From NCBI RefSeq assembly GCF_000143415.4, contig NW_003314444.1, forward strand, positions 1-52,793: 52,793 nt of DNA. Reading direction: 5' to 3'. Of the stretch, positions 23,859 to 37,221 are shown piece by piece (the first letter of the stretch is position 1; the number at the start of each line of letters is the position of its first letter). The notes beneath the pieces are model-generated. The model saw nothing but the letters and a program-made list of their open reading frames with translations. It did not search any database and was not told where the DNA came from. Origin of the DNA: Selaginella moellendorffii. Taxonomy: Eukaryota > Plantae > Lycopodiophyta. The position numbers and the translations under genes are program-made.

Positions 23859-25330
23859 TGTAAGATTTTCTATTCTACTTTAGTCACTTAATCACACTTT
23901 TGACTATTTGGAAGAGTCTCACTCAAAACCTTCATAAGTTTTATTTCCAACTTGGGGACATGCTAACCCCGAGAATGGCATCTATGCCACTCAGCCTTTG
24001 CACTTGGTCTAAGTGCTTCACGTGTCTGATCCCATGATAAACACCCCATAAGTACCATTAACATATCACCCCATTATGCTAAGGCTATACCTATTTACTC
24101 TTATCTTATTAAAACCACTCTTTAGCATCTTTAGGATGCCCAAAAATATAAGGAACAACTTTCTCTAACATCCCTTTTTTGGTCCCCACCAAATCCCTTT
24201 CTGTCCCTAGCCATATTCACCCATACTGCCATTAGGTCAGAGCCTAAAGGCCCAACCATTATATCCCATTGACCTCTAGGACTTTTTTGCCATATGACCA
24301 CATCCTTAGTCATTATATAGGAGGACTGCTCTTCTTCCTTTCCCCAGTTTGGGACGTTGAGACAACATTTTGAAACACCATGGCCCTTCACAAGCTTCAT
24401 CGGTACTCTCCCTACCTTCTGCCTTTGGGTGCCCTAGCCATATGGCTAGAGTGAGGATGAGCCATGCTAGGTATCCAAGTAGGTAGTGCATTTCACACTT
24501 GGATTGGGAGCATTGGCCATTCGATATCCCAAGGGAGTTAGAGCCAACTTTTGAACATTTCATTAAGTTACCCCACTTGTCCATTTGTATTCACCCTAGT
24601 ATTGGACTCCTCAGTGGTTATATCATCACCCACTACGTGGGTATAGCTTTCCTTGGTCACACTAGTCTTTCTTGGCCAAACTGGCTCTACTAGAGTCCTC
24701 CCCTTACTATACATTTGGAGCTCACCAAACCCTCCAGGGTCTGGGAGATGATCACTTTGGGCTTTCATCCTCGGACTTACACTTGGACTCAAACTCAGAC
24801 TTGGACTTAGATTCGGACTCAAACTTAGACTCGGACTCGGTCTTAGACTTGGTCTCAGACTTAGTCTTGGTCATGGTCTCGGTCTCGGTTTTGGTCTTGT
24901 TCTTGGTCTCAGTCTCGGTCTCATCTCTTTCTTGACCTTGAACCCCATCTTAGGTCCATCTCAGACTCCATCTTGGGTCCATCTTGGATTCCATCTTGGG
25001 TCTATATGGGGTCCATATTAGACTCTATCTCAGACTCTATCTTGGGTCCATCTTTGGTCCATATCAAACTCTATCTTAGACTCCATCTCAGATTCCTTCT
25101 CGGATTCCATCTCGTACTCCATCTCAAATTCCTTCTTAGACTCTTTCTTAAATTCTTTGTAGACTCGTTCTTGACACTTTCATGTGTCATGACACTTGCC
25201 ATGTGTCAGTCCTTGTGTCCATTTTTAGAGACTCATTCATCGATTGCTTCAAGCTCATTCTTTAAGCCCTTTTTTTAGAGTTTCACTCCCACTCTCAACT
25301 TTCTAAGTCGAAGGCTTTGATCCAAATATA
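23859..25330 (-). mobile_element. LTR type A, older inverted copy (adjacent 25330-26390 is probably related internal sequence)
   Basis: Begins TGTAAG on + and is the reverse complement of 28961-30385, including decayed 12-mer repeats at ~24940-25165. 25162-25326 matches the reverse of ~32450-32615. 25490-25880 recurs at ~49500-49880. Confidence 0.75.
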
Positions 25331-26392
25331 TTATACTTGTTAGACTTCTGCTTCAACCACTACCATGTGGCACCCTTTCTACTCCATTTTGGGGCTTAGG
25401 GATTTGAGTCTCACAACTCCAACACTCATCAATGAAGTTTGATGTTCTCATTAAATGATAAACCATTTTAGAAAGTAACCCCATCATAAATTACCATTTT
25501 TCATCCTTGGCACCCATTCAATATTTGTTAATGGTTTAACACCAAAAGCTCACCATGTATTGCCCATCCTCCAAGGAGCATAGCCTCTAACTAAAAGGCT
25601 CATTAGACCATATGTGGTGGTTCTCTCCCTTTATTTAGTTTAGTTTTTGTTAAACCCGTTAAAGACACCTTCTCTATCTCAAACCAATTACTCATTCTTG
25701 AATAGTCTTAGCTTCTATCATCATAACTATCACACCTTAGAACTTTTAATTTTGATTTTCCAAAGTTAATTTCCTAGGTGTCTTTGACACCTTACATTAG
25801 ACATATTGTACAAATAGCACTTCCCCATCCTAGAAAGTTCTTTACTTGAAGGCACTATCATCCTCTTTTCTCTTTCATGCCACTCTAGGCACTAAATTCC
25901 ACTTATCCATAATTGGCGCTAAGCTTTCCACGGCTATATCATTTGGTTACCTTGGCTACCTTGCCATTCCCTTCCTTAGAGCTTTCATCTTTGCCAAATT
26001 GGAGCATTTGGGAATTTATCATTGGAAACATATTTCTTTTCTTGCAATCCATTAGCATCCAACATATGAATGTTCCTTGCTTAACTTTGCCATTTAGATT
26101 CATTCCAATGGTTTCTATGGCCTAATCTTGGCCACTAATTTTTTTCTTCTATCCTTTGACACTAAACAACATAGAATCACTATGAGCTCTATCCATGGTC
26201 CAACTTTATAACCCTTCTATGAGTTTTTCTTAAATATTAATTTCTTGGACTCACTATTCCATTATATTGACACAGTTCATTTCCCTTAGGTGTCCTTCCC
26301 ATTTGGTCATCTTGACCAAGCCACATCATTACTAATAGTTCAAACCAACACTTTGAACTAGGAACTTTATTCTTTAGCCTCATAAAGACTTT

Positions 26393-28800
26393 TGTAGCAC
26401 ATGTGGTTTCTTACCCTTTATCCTATAGTGATTTACTATAGGATAACCACAAAGCAAAACCTAAACCCTCTATGTGCCACATGTCTAAAAGACAGTCGAG
26501 CAAAACTTGAGTTTCAGGGCTTTGGGCCACTGAACGAAGGAATAGAGCTAAATTTTTAAGTATGAAGCTAATGAGCAAAGGTATTAGAGCATAGAATAAC
26601 TCTTAAGTGTACAGCCCAAAGAGTGAAGGGATAGGAGCGCGGAGCAACTTAAAATAGTACTAGAGCATCTAGCATCCCAATGCTAGGATTAGCACACAAA
26701 ATAAAGCCAAATGGAGTTTGGTGCTATTTCAGCATATTAGTGGCTTAATGTGAGGATATGGGTACTCTACCATCTAGTATGGTATGGAACTTGGGCTTAT
26801 ACCTAAGTTGGATGCAGAACAAGGACAGGCATGCAAGCAAGAGCTAGACTTTACCTCAGGTTGGTCGGCCATACCCGACCTGCCCACTATCCTTATACAT
26901 TTGGAACCCTTATTGCCCCCCCCAAAGCTCAATATTGCATGGGTTCTTGATACTAGCAAGTGCAAACTAATGACAGGAGTTTCTCAAACCAGGCTAAGTA
27001 TGCTTAGCAAGAAACATATAGGTTCCTACCTTATGTCTATCTAATTTAAGTGCATGGTCATTGAATTAGTTTCTCAACTAATTCAAGTGGGAATTGGTAA
27101 CAAATCTAGCAATATTGACCTACTACCGTTGTGGCAATAAGGAAAGAATAGCCAAAAAGGACTAGCTGATAGGTAACTTTGATATTCAAAGTCACATTTG
27201 AGACACTCTCCCCCCCTTAGGGAAGATAAATGTCCTTGTTGATGCATATTCAAGTTTAGAACACTGCCAAGGAAACAACTTCACAAAAAGCTTTTGGTGT
27301 TCACACTATATGAGAAATGCACCAACTTAAATGAGTTAGGATAACCTATTTATATAATGCAGATGCAGTACCAACTCAAACACCTTCTGGCCGTTGTCGA
27401 CAAAGAAATGACCAATGGAGTTAGCCACCCTTGCTACTCTGGATATCACCTAGCTTACAAAAGTGTGATATGCTTCTACACGCAAACACATAGAGAGAGA
27501 AGCCAATGGTCAACCCTTTTAAGCAAAGAAACCAAATCCGTCGGTAAGGTTTAGATAAACTACTATAAACAAGCAGTTAGAGTTGTTTACATGGTCACAC
27601 CCTTTGAATAGAATAAAGAATATCGATAGAGAGGTGGGTGATGTGACCAATTGACAGTAGCTACCCCATGATTAAAGATTTCACCATGCACATGAAGTGT
27701 CGAAGGCAGTTTGCCTATACTGGCCCAAACCCAAAGATCAATAGATGGACAATATCAAAGTTAGAGACAATGATATCTTAAAGACTTAATTATCAATGAA
27801 TAAATCTTAGATTAGAACACAAAAGTAATCTAAGTAAGTTATCATCCTATTAAAGTATAGAAACCACCAAGAGCTTTAAAGGCTAAGGTCATAGGATTAA
27901 CTATCCAATAAAATTAAATATCAAGTATATCATCAAGAAAACTCAATAATAAAACTTAACTATCAAAGATTGCAAATAGCATGCTAAACAGCTTATAAAA
28001 GACAGCTCAAAGAACACAAAGTATCATCAACTAGCAAGCAAAATACTCACAAATGTATTACATGAAGGAAATAACATCTAATTTATTAGAACCAACTATA
28101 ACGACAATCAACAGAATAGAATAAATGTTGCAAGACCAAAAAATACTCATTTATGCCAACTATCACACTAGCCAATCCAAATAAATCACAATTAAAAATA
28201 CTAAGGAACCAGAGTTGCTCAAGCAAGTGTTAGCAACATCCTACAGATGTCTCAAACCCAAGAGACGAAAGAAAACCATAAAGAACATATAGTAATGCGA
28301 AAGCCAAAAGCCATCAAAGAGAATAACTATCATAAAAGATCATCAATCATCCTATTAATGAAGAGATGCATAATCATTGTTGAAGAAAGAATCCACCATT
28401 CTGAAGAACAGCAAACTATTCTAGATCAACAATAATCAAGTAAAACCTTTGATAATGGTAATCAACTATCCTAGATGACAGTTAATCATCACTAATGATT
28501 GCTAAATGCATATACTAACTTCAATATTGAAGTTAATAAGCTAAAATGCTTTCCCAAACAACTTCTAACAAATAGAATAATGAACACAAAACTCAAAGAA
28601 CCAAAAGCTCGAAGAAGCCTATAGCTAAGTCTCACGAATAATGATCACGAGTATCACATAAATTAACTTTAATGCTTGAAAAAGAATTCATGGTATAACC
28701 CACAATATCCTCTTCAACATATCCATAAGCTAAACTTCATAATGCAAAGCTAATGAAGAACATTTTTGCATCAATCCAAAAATGAAGCATAACAGAGTTA
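26393..28800 (-). mobile_element. LTR retrotransposon type B remnant: 3' LTR (26393-27205), PPT (27206-27218) and non-coding 3' internal region
   Basis: Minus strand shows AAGGGGGGGAGAG immediately followed by TGTCTCAAATGTGAC, and the LTR ends ...GCTACA at 26393. ~26960-28790 is a diverged direct repeat of ~33130-35030. Confidence 0.75.
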
Positions 28801-28801
28801 T

Positions 28802-28900
28802 TGTTATGAACCATCGCAAGAAAATAAAGATCTAGTTTCCCTAGACTATGCTATGCCACCTCTTGAGGTTCCTCACCACCCAACCACCCCCAGCAGACAT
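28802..28900 (-). mobile_element. Fragment of LTR type C 3' end, inverted
   Basis: TGTTATGAACC...CTCTTGAGGTTCCTCACCACCCAACCACCCC is the reverse complement of ~37275-37353 and ~50027-50117. Confidence 0.7.
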
Positions 28901-28960
28901 GGTAAGCTATCATTTAGTGAATATTGAGGGATCAAGTTCAATATCATGGGGGTTCAATAT

Positions 28961-29345
28961 TGAGATGGACCCGAGATGGAGTCCGAGATGGAGTCCGAGA
29001 TGGGGTTTCAGATGGTGTTCGAGATGGACCCGAGATGGAGTCCAAGATGGACCCTAGGTGGACCCGAGATGGAGTCCAAGATGGACCCTAGATGGAGTCC
29101 GAGATGGACCCGAGATGGAGTCCGAGATGGACCCGAGATGGAGTCCGAGATGGAGTCCAAGATGGAGTCCGAGATGGACCCGAGATGGAGTCCGAGATGG
29201 AGTCCAAGATGGACCCGAGATGGAGTCTGAGATGGACCCAAGATGGAGTCCAAGATGGAACTGAGATCGAGACCGAGACTAAGTTTGAGTCTGAAACTAG
29301 GACTGGGATTGAGTCCGAGTCCAAGTTCAAGTCCGAGTCCAAACA
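28961..29345 (+). repeat. Tandem 12-mer array (GAGATGGAGTCC/GAGATGGACCC) grading into GAGTCC-type hexamers, within LTR A
   Basis: More than 20 near-perfect units. This array generates the spurious MESE/PRWS ORFs. Confidence 0.95.
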
Positions 29346-30388
29346 CTAATACAAGCTGTTGGGTGAAAGCCCAAAGCGATCGTCCTCTAGGGGGGAGGGG
29401 GGGGGGGAGGGGGGGGGGGGCTGCGGGGGATTCCAAAAGTATAGTAGGGAGAGTGTGGGGGTTGGAGCCTAGTGGAGCTAGTTTGGCCAGGAAAGGCTAA
29501 TTTGGCCCAGGAAGGCCATACCCAGTGTTGGGTGATGAACTGACCACTGGGAAGTCCAAGACTAGAGTGAATATGGACTGACAAGCGGGGTAGCTTGGTG
29601 AAGTGTTCAAGAGTTGGCTCTAGTTCCCTCGGGAGATCAAATGGTCGATGCTCCCAGTCTAAGTGTGGGTGGCATGACCTACTTGGATACCTGGCGTGGC
29701 TCAATGGAACCTCGCTCTAAGCCCATGGCTAGAGCACCTAAAGGCAGAAGGCAGGGAGAGTACCCACAAGGCTCACGTAAGGCCACGATGTTCCAAAACA
29801 TTGCCCCAAAGTCCCAGGCTGTGAAAAGGAAGAGGAGCCATCCTCTAGGGTAGAGACCAAGGATATGGTCATGTGAGGAGGAAGTCCTAGAGGACCGTGG
29901 GACATAGTGGTCGGGCTTGTGGGCCTCGATCCAATGGCAGTGTTGGTGAACATGGCCATGGGTAGAAAGGGATTCAGTGGGGACCGGAAAAGGGATATTG
30001 GGGAAGGCCATTCCCCATGCCTGCAGGCATCCTAAGGATGCTAAGGAGTGGATCTAGGATGATCAGTCATGGATAGATGGCCCAGTCTTTGAGAGACAGG
30101 GTTGTGATGTAGGTGGTGTCAGACCACCGGTGTGACTAAGGTGAATGGGCATGGCCTTAGCGTAACGGGCTGATATGTCGGTGGTACCTTGGGGTGTCAA
30201 CCATGGGATTTAACACGTGGAGCACTTGGACCAAGTGCAATGTTTAGTGGCATGGATGCTATTCTTGGGGCTAATAAGTCCTTATGTCCAAAACAGGACT
30301 TATGGAGGTTGTGAGTGAGACTCCTCCAAGTGGTCAGAGGTGTGGTTAAGTGACTAAAGTAGAATGGAAAATTTAGTCGCTTACAACT

Positions 30389-30399
30389 TGGTATCAGAG
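30389..30399 (+). other. Primer-binding site (tRNA-iMet)
   Basis: TGGTATCAGAG 3 nt after the LTR-terminal CA. Confidence 0.9.
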
Positions 30400-32616
30400 T
30401 TGTTCTTTAGTTTGACTTTTATTGGTGCTCAAGTATATCACCATTGGTGTTGGCATCAGAAGGTCCTAGGAGTGGGCCTATCCACAAGTCAGGAAGACAT
30501 GACTCTCCACTACAGTTCATGTGTGAGCTTGTAAGTAAGTAAGGTGTGAATAGAAAAGGGCCAATAATGGAACGACTTTAGGATCTTGGGAATAGTATAA
30601 GGTTTCCTCAGAGAGATGAGGAAGTGATCCAGATGAGTGTTTGATGCAACAAATGGGCTAACATAGTTGTGGTAAAAAACTATAGTTGGGATCACGGGAA
30701 AGATGTAGACTCCAAAACAATAAAGGAGTCACAAGATTACCTTCATATAGTTGAGGTTGGTGCTCATAACTTTGAGACTGGAATTGATGACCATGGGAGG
30801 TCAAATATAGAAGAGGACACAAGTCCTTGAAATGGCAGCCAGGGCTACCTCTCATAAATGCTGGAACAACCCAAGGAGTTGGAGGTGTACTCAGAGGATG
30901 AGTTGGTATTCTCATCACATGGACAAGTGATCCTATGGGGCAAAAGGTTGCCCCAAGAGAATAAATCAAGTGTCGAAGTAACACTTGCAAAGATGGTCCT
31001 TGTGAGTAGGATCTGAATACAAGAAGTTGTATTTCAGTGAGTTGGCACCTCAAAGGTAGGACCTTATGGGTTGTCGAATAATAAAGTCCAAGAAGCTAGA
31101 TGACTTAAATAGAGTCAAGGAATAATCCTAAAGGATTGATAGAAGTATTTGGACTGAGGTGTGTTGTACCCCACGAAGGATGGGGAGGGATCATAGGATC
31201 TAAGTATGAAAAAAGAGGGTATCTCATCGATGGCAGAATGTGCCATGCTAAAGTCATGGGAAAGGTGTTCCCCAAAAAGAAAGAAGCTTTGGCATAGAGT
31301 TGTGAACACTATGGTGCAGTGCTAACTGATAGTTGGCATGAAAAACAACTGCTTTGGTCTTGGCAAAGACCTCGACACAAGTGGGGAGTGTCATAAAGGT
31401 AGTCTTGTAGAGCCGAGGGTGTGGAAACACCGAATGTGCTAAAGCGTGTTGCCTTGAGGTCAAGTTGGTGGGTTTATGAAAACCCCTTCCCAGAGGAATC
31501 TTAATGGAAATGGGAATGGCATGGCCTAAATTGGAAGGCATGCGGTTGGAGTGTAATGACCCAGATAATGATGGAGGTGTGAAAGCACCAAGCAATGAGT
31601 TGTGGGACTTGACAACTATGAGGCAACTAAGCAAAAGGTGCAAAATAATTGGTTAAACTGGTAGAAGGTAGCTACCTAAGACTTTTTATTGGGATAAGGA
31701 AGTTAGATATACTTTTATGGAGGAGAAGTTGCTTATGTTGCGATATAGTAAGTCAATATCATAAAGGGAATGCTCATTGCCAAAGAAGACCATCATTGGA
31801 ATACCCAAACATTCTAAAACACCAAGAAGTGGTGTTTGGTGTCGCAAGGGCATTAGATAAGGCCCAAGGGACTAAGTCCCTAGCGAATGATGGATAGGAG
31901 GTGCCATCCAAACTTCCAAGGTTGTGGACACGAGAGGAATCCATCTATCTAAATTGGACAAAGCCAAAAATGGGATTTTGGCAAGGTTAGTGATAGGCAT
32001 ATGGAGGCCTATAAGTAGCAATGGTAATCCCGGTGTGTGGGATTATAAGGTGAGCATGCCCAGATTGAGGAACCACTCCCTAAGCTATTAGGTAGGTTCA
32101 TCCCTAAGAATACTTGTTAATGCATAGTAATTAGCCTCTCCAAAACTACATAATAACAAACTTCACTTTCCCTTTTCTAACATAACCCACCATAAGGAAC
32201 CCTAACCTCAGCCATAGCTAGGAACCCTAGCCTCCACCAGGGATCCCTAGCCCTAGCTGCCACCTGGGTAGGAGAGATCTCTACAACTGCTAGATCTTGC
32301 ATTGAGCTTAAGGGATGTAAAAAGCCTACCTAGCTATCCCCATGTGAAATTTTATGCCAAAATTCAGACACAAATCCATGAGCCCTAAATTGGAGCTAAA
32401 AAGGTTCCACATGGTAATAGTCAAAGCAAAAGTCTAACAAGCATAACATGTTTGGACTAAGGCTCTGATTTAAAAAGTTGAGAGTGGGAGTGAAACTTTA
32501 AATAATTTTTGAGGGACGAGCATAAAGCAATCAGTAAATTGGTCTCTAAAAAAGGACATAAGAAGAACTGACACATGGCAAGTGTTGTGACACATGAAAG
32601 TGTCAGGAAAGAGTCT

Positions 32617-35030
32617 GGCACTATTTTGGCCTAATGTGAGGATATGGGTACTCTACCAACTAGCATGATGTTGAACTTAGGCTTAAACCCAAGTTAGATA
32701 CAAAACAAGGACAGGCATGCAAGTGAGAGCTAGACTATGCCTCAAGTTAATTAGCTATGCCCAACCTACCCACTATCCCTACTATACATTTAGAACCCCA
32801 CAGCCCCTCCCCCCCCTTGAGGAACACATCCTTTGGGCTTTCACCCTTAGCCACCTTTAGTATTAGGATTTAGTCTCTAGGACAAACGCAAAACTTATTA
32901 AATATGGAATGTCCTTAGATTGTGAATTTGGACATGGGATGAACACCATTGTGTTCAGAACAATTTCTAAATTCAGTAGATATGCCAAATAAGCAAATCT
33001 AGACACTTTCCATAAATAGTATTTGGGACCGAAATGAGACTAACACAAAAGGTATGATAACAAATATGTTTGGCAAACACGGTGAGCTATCATTTAGCTA
33101 ATATTGAGGGATTAAGCTCAATATCACTAGGGTTCCCAACACTAGCAAGTGCAAGTCAACGAATGAGTTTCTCTAACTAGGTCAAGTATGCTTAATTAAT
33201 AGCATTTAGGAATTTTGTCCTTATGCTCATTTGGTCAAGTGTATACATAAAGATCAATTTCTCAACTAGCTTAGATAGAGATTGAAAAAAGGGACTAGCA
33301 ATACTAACCTTCTGCCATCATGGCAGTAAAGAAGGAATATCTAAAAGGACTAGCTGACATGTAACTTTCGATAGCTAAAGTGACATTTGCAACACTCTCC
33401 CCCCTTAGAGAAGATCAACATCATTATTGATACATATTCAACTCTAGACCACTGGTAAGGAAACAACTTGAGAAAACGTTCACAATGATCACACTATATG
33501 AGAAATACACCAACTTAAATGAGTTAAAATAACCTCTTTGTTTAACGCAGATGTGTTACCAACTCAGACACCTTTTAGCCATCGCTAATAAGGAAAAGAC
33601 CAATAGAGTTAGCCACCCTTGCTACTTTAGGTGTCACCCAACTTACAAAAGTGTGATATACCCCTACATATAGGGATATAGAGAGGGAAGCCAAAGGCTC
33701 CAACCCTTATGAGCAAAAAAACTAAACTTGTCAGTAAGGTTTAGATAAACTACTGTAAATAGGCAGTTAGAATTGTTTACACAGTCATGCCCTTTTTAAC
33801 AAAATAATGAACATCAACAGAGAAGTGAGTGATGTGACCAGTCGATAGTAGTTACCTTATGACTACAAATTTCACCATGCACACGAAGTGCCAAAGCCAA
33901 TCTACCTATACTAGCCCAAACCCAAATATCAAGAGATGGATAATATCAAAGTCACAGATAATGATATATGATAGACTTAATTATTAGTGAATAAATCTTA
34001 GATTAGAATATAAAAGTATTCCAAGTAAGTTATCATCTGATAAACCAGTATTAGAGTATAGAAATCACCAAGATCATCATAATTGGAAAACATAAGAGTC
34101 ACCATCCAAAAAAATTCAATAATCAATGTATTATCAAGAAAAGTCAATGATAAAACTTAATTACCAAAGATTGTAGATAGCATGCCAAATAACTTATAAA
34201 AGATAACTCTAAAGAACATAAAGTATAATCAATTAGCAGGAAAATGCTCGTGAATATATTACCCGAAGGAAATAATATCCAATCTTATCAAATGTATCAC
34301 CTAAAGGAAATAATATCCAATCTATCAAAACCAATTGTAGCAACAATCAATAGAACAGAATGAATGTTGCAAGACTAACAATCACTTGTTCATGCCAACT
34401 ATCGCATTAGCCAATCTATATAGATCTCGGTCAACAATACTAAAGAACCAAAGCTGCTTAAGCAAGTATCAGCAACATTCTACCGATGTCTCAAACCCAA
34501 GAGACCAATTCAGAGTAAACCACAAAGAACATATGATATTGCGAAAAGCCAAAAACCATTAAAAAGAATAACTTACTATCATGAAAGATCATCAATCATC
34601 CCAACAATGAAGAGATGCATAATCATCATTAAAGAAAGTATCTACCATCTCTAAGAAAAGTAAATCATTCTAGATCAATAATAATTAAGCAAAACATTTC
34701 ACAAGGATAATCAACTATCCTAAATGATAATCAATCATCACTAATGACTGCCATATGCAAAAGCTAACTTCAACATTAAAGCTAATGAGCCAAAATGTTT
34801 TTCCCAACTATTCTTAACAAATGGAATAATGAGCATGAAAACTCAAGGAGCCAAAAGCTCGAAGAAGCCTATACCTAAGTCTTGCCGAACAATGATAACG
34901 AATTTTGCATGCACTAACTTCAATGTCAACGAAGAAATCATGGTATAACCCAGAACATCCTCCTCAACATATCTAAAAGCCAAACTTCATAATTCCAAAG
35001 CTAATAAAGAGTATATCTGCATCAATCCAA
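32617..35030 (-). mobile_element. LTR type B remnant, second copy: truncated 3' LTR (to 33394), PPT (33395-33407), 3' internal region
   Basis: Minus strand AAGGGGGGAGAG|TGTTGCAAATGTCAC. Collinear with ~26740-28790. Confidence 0.75.
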
Positions 35031-35229
35031 AAGCTAAATTAGTGCACATGAATTTGGAGCTGAACTCCAAGCCTGTTGCACTACAAAACGAGGGTTTGGT
35101 ACAATCCCATGAGCACCAGCTCCCCGTATCTAGCACCTGCATGCAAAATGGTGTTCGATGGTGTTTGGCATAATTTTGGCATACCGGTGGTATAACGCGA
35201 GGAGGAGGGTACCCACCAACTAGAGCAAC

Positions 35230-35866
35230 ATAGAGCTTAGGCTTAGACCCAAGCCAAACGCAGAACAAAGAGTAACACAGCCTAGCAGGAGCCAAATTAA
35301 TGTCTTATGTGATCGAATATGCATTCCAACCACTATCCTTACTATATATTTGAAACCCCCGATAGGATTTCCCCCCGGAGGAACACACGCTTTTGAATTT
35401 GGATACAGACGAACACCATTGTATTCAAGACAATCTTTACACACTATAGATATGCCAAATGAGCAAATCTAGACACTTTCCAAAAATATAATTTGGGACT
35501 AGAATGAGACTAACACAAAGGGCATGATATTGATGGTGTTTGGTAAACATAGTAAGCTATCATCTAGTAATATTAAGGGACTAGTCTCAATATGTGATGG
35601 TTCTTGTCAAACTAATGCAAGACAGAGCAAAAAAAAACTAACAAACTAGGCCAAGTATGCTTGGCTAAATAGACATTTAGGAATTCCATCCTTATGCTCA
35701 TTGGGCCAAGTATAAATGCTAAGTCTAATTTACTAATACTTGGACAAGCGGGGCTAATAAAGGGAATTAGCAGTACTAACCTCTAGCCATCATGGTAGTA
35801 AGGAGAGAGTGTCCGTAAGGATGGGCCAACAAGTATTTTTCGATACCTAAAATCACATTCGCAACA
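35230..35866 (-). mobile_element. LTR type B, third partial copy
   Basis: Starts TGTTGCGAATGTGA on minus with no PPT. Shares AGATATGCCAAAT..GCAAATCTAGACACTTTCC with the copies at ~32980 and ~49260. Confidence 0.65.
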
Positions 35867-37221
35867 CAACCATAATGAAGCTATGCTCAATAAGTGATCA
35901 CCAAATAATCCTTTATAAATCCATTTATAGCAAAATATAATTCACTTCGTAATAACCATAAGAAAAATCATCAATGATTGATATATCCCAATCAAATCTA
36001 ACAAAGATTCAATCACTTCAATATCGATCATTAACTCTTTCTTTAGTAAGGCTAGTATAGTTCATGACTAAATCACTTTTCAAGGAAAAGCCAAAGCTCA
36101 ACCCTTACTAAATAATATTGTCTAGAACACAACTGACTCAACTTGCCACTTAGTTCATTTGAATGCTAACATAATTGCTAACTAGCAAATGCACAAATAC
36201 CAATAACATAAAGCTATAGCCAAATCATCAACATTATTGTCATCAAGACCAATGAAATTCAATATCAATCCTAAGGAGAAACATCCCATTTCACTTGAAT
36301 CTCAATAATAATAATGTCAACAACAAGGCATCCATCTTAATGCCATCAACACCATAACAAAGCTAATGAAAAGCAAGAGTGAATCACCACCCAAAACTCT
36401 TTAGCAAATAAACTAACGAAAGTCGAAGATACTTTAGTTAGTATCTAAGACCAATCTTTTAGTAAAACTCAGTTACAGATAACACATTATCAAGGAGTGA
36501 TTCACCATATCTAAGACTCAATATAAACCAACACTATGGACTAAATTCAACCAAATGATATTGATAGAGATAGAGTCGATATGCCAACATGGAAAACCCA
36601 TGTAAGTTTAACGACACAATCCTCCACAACACCATCCAGTAAAGCAAGCCCATCACTGCTAAATCATCATTGAACAAAGTAAATATCATAGTTTTTGATA
36701 AGTCTACAAGCAATCATTAGTCTTAAAGCAACCAACAATCACTTTTCAACTTGCTTTCACAAGACCCAAACACTAAACTCATGCTATTGAGTCATATACT
36801 TGTCCAACATGAACATAATACCTTAAACACGAGATACAGGAACATGAACAAGCACGAACTAAATGACCACTCGAATCCAATCGAACTACAATAAGCTTAC
36901 TAATGCATTTAGCTAACAGCTCTAAGTATGCCTTGAAGAGGCTAGCTATACATGATCAACACTTCATCAAAATTGAAGTGAAGACCATGAGATGGACTTA
37001 TATTAGTACACAACCTCATAGACAAAGCTATAGTACAGATACTAACATCTTAAACTTAAACAATTAAGTTGTACATCACTATCCTTAGCCAAGGTGCAAG
37101 ACTACCAAGACCAAGTCAAGATCAATGAGAGCTCACTACTCTTATAGAGTCTAATGAAATACAAGGTGTAACCTACCACCAAACATCACACTATAGAAGA
37201 AAGGCACAAGGGTACATAACA

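Larger units (their letters stand above)
28961..32616 (+). mobile_element. Non-autonomous LTR element: LTR A (to 30385), PBS, internal region without recognisable gag-pol, probable start of a second LTR near 32.0-32.6 kb
   Basis: LTR end ...GCTTACA (30385), ACT, then TGGTATCAGAG. Internal 30408-31050 matches 52146-52793, and 31403-31670 matches 38225-38480. Confidence 0.7.

Noticed and set aside
24568-25278. SD/SV-rich ORFs
   Set aside because: They are the inverted decayed copy of the same LTR repeat array.
28848-29500. Overlapping ORFs with MESE/PRWS/GLHL repeats; CRISPR-like appearance
   Set aside because: They are translations of a 12-bp tandem repeat in an LTR. There are no unique spacers or cas genes, and the context is eukaryotic.
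32185-32260. AACCCTA-like units suggesting telomeric or Penelope-associated repeats
   Set aside because: Few, degenerate and dispersed; typical of LTR sequence rather than a telomere array.
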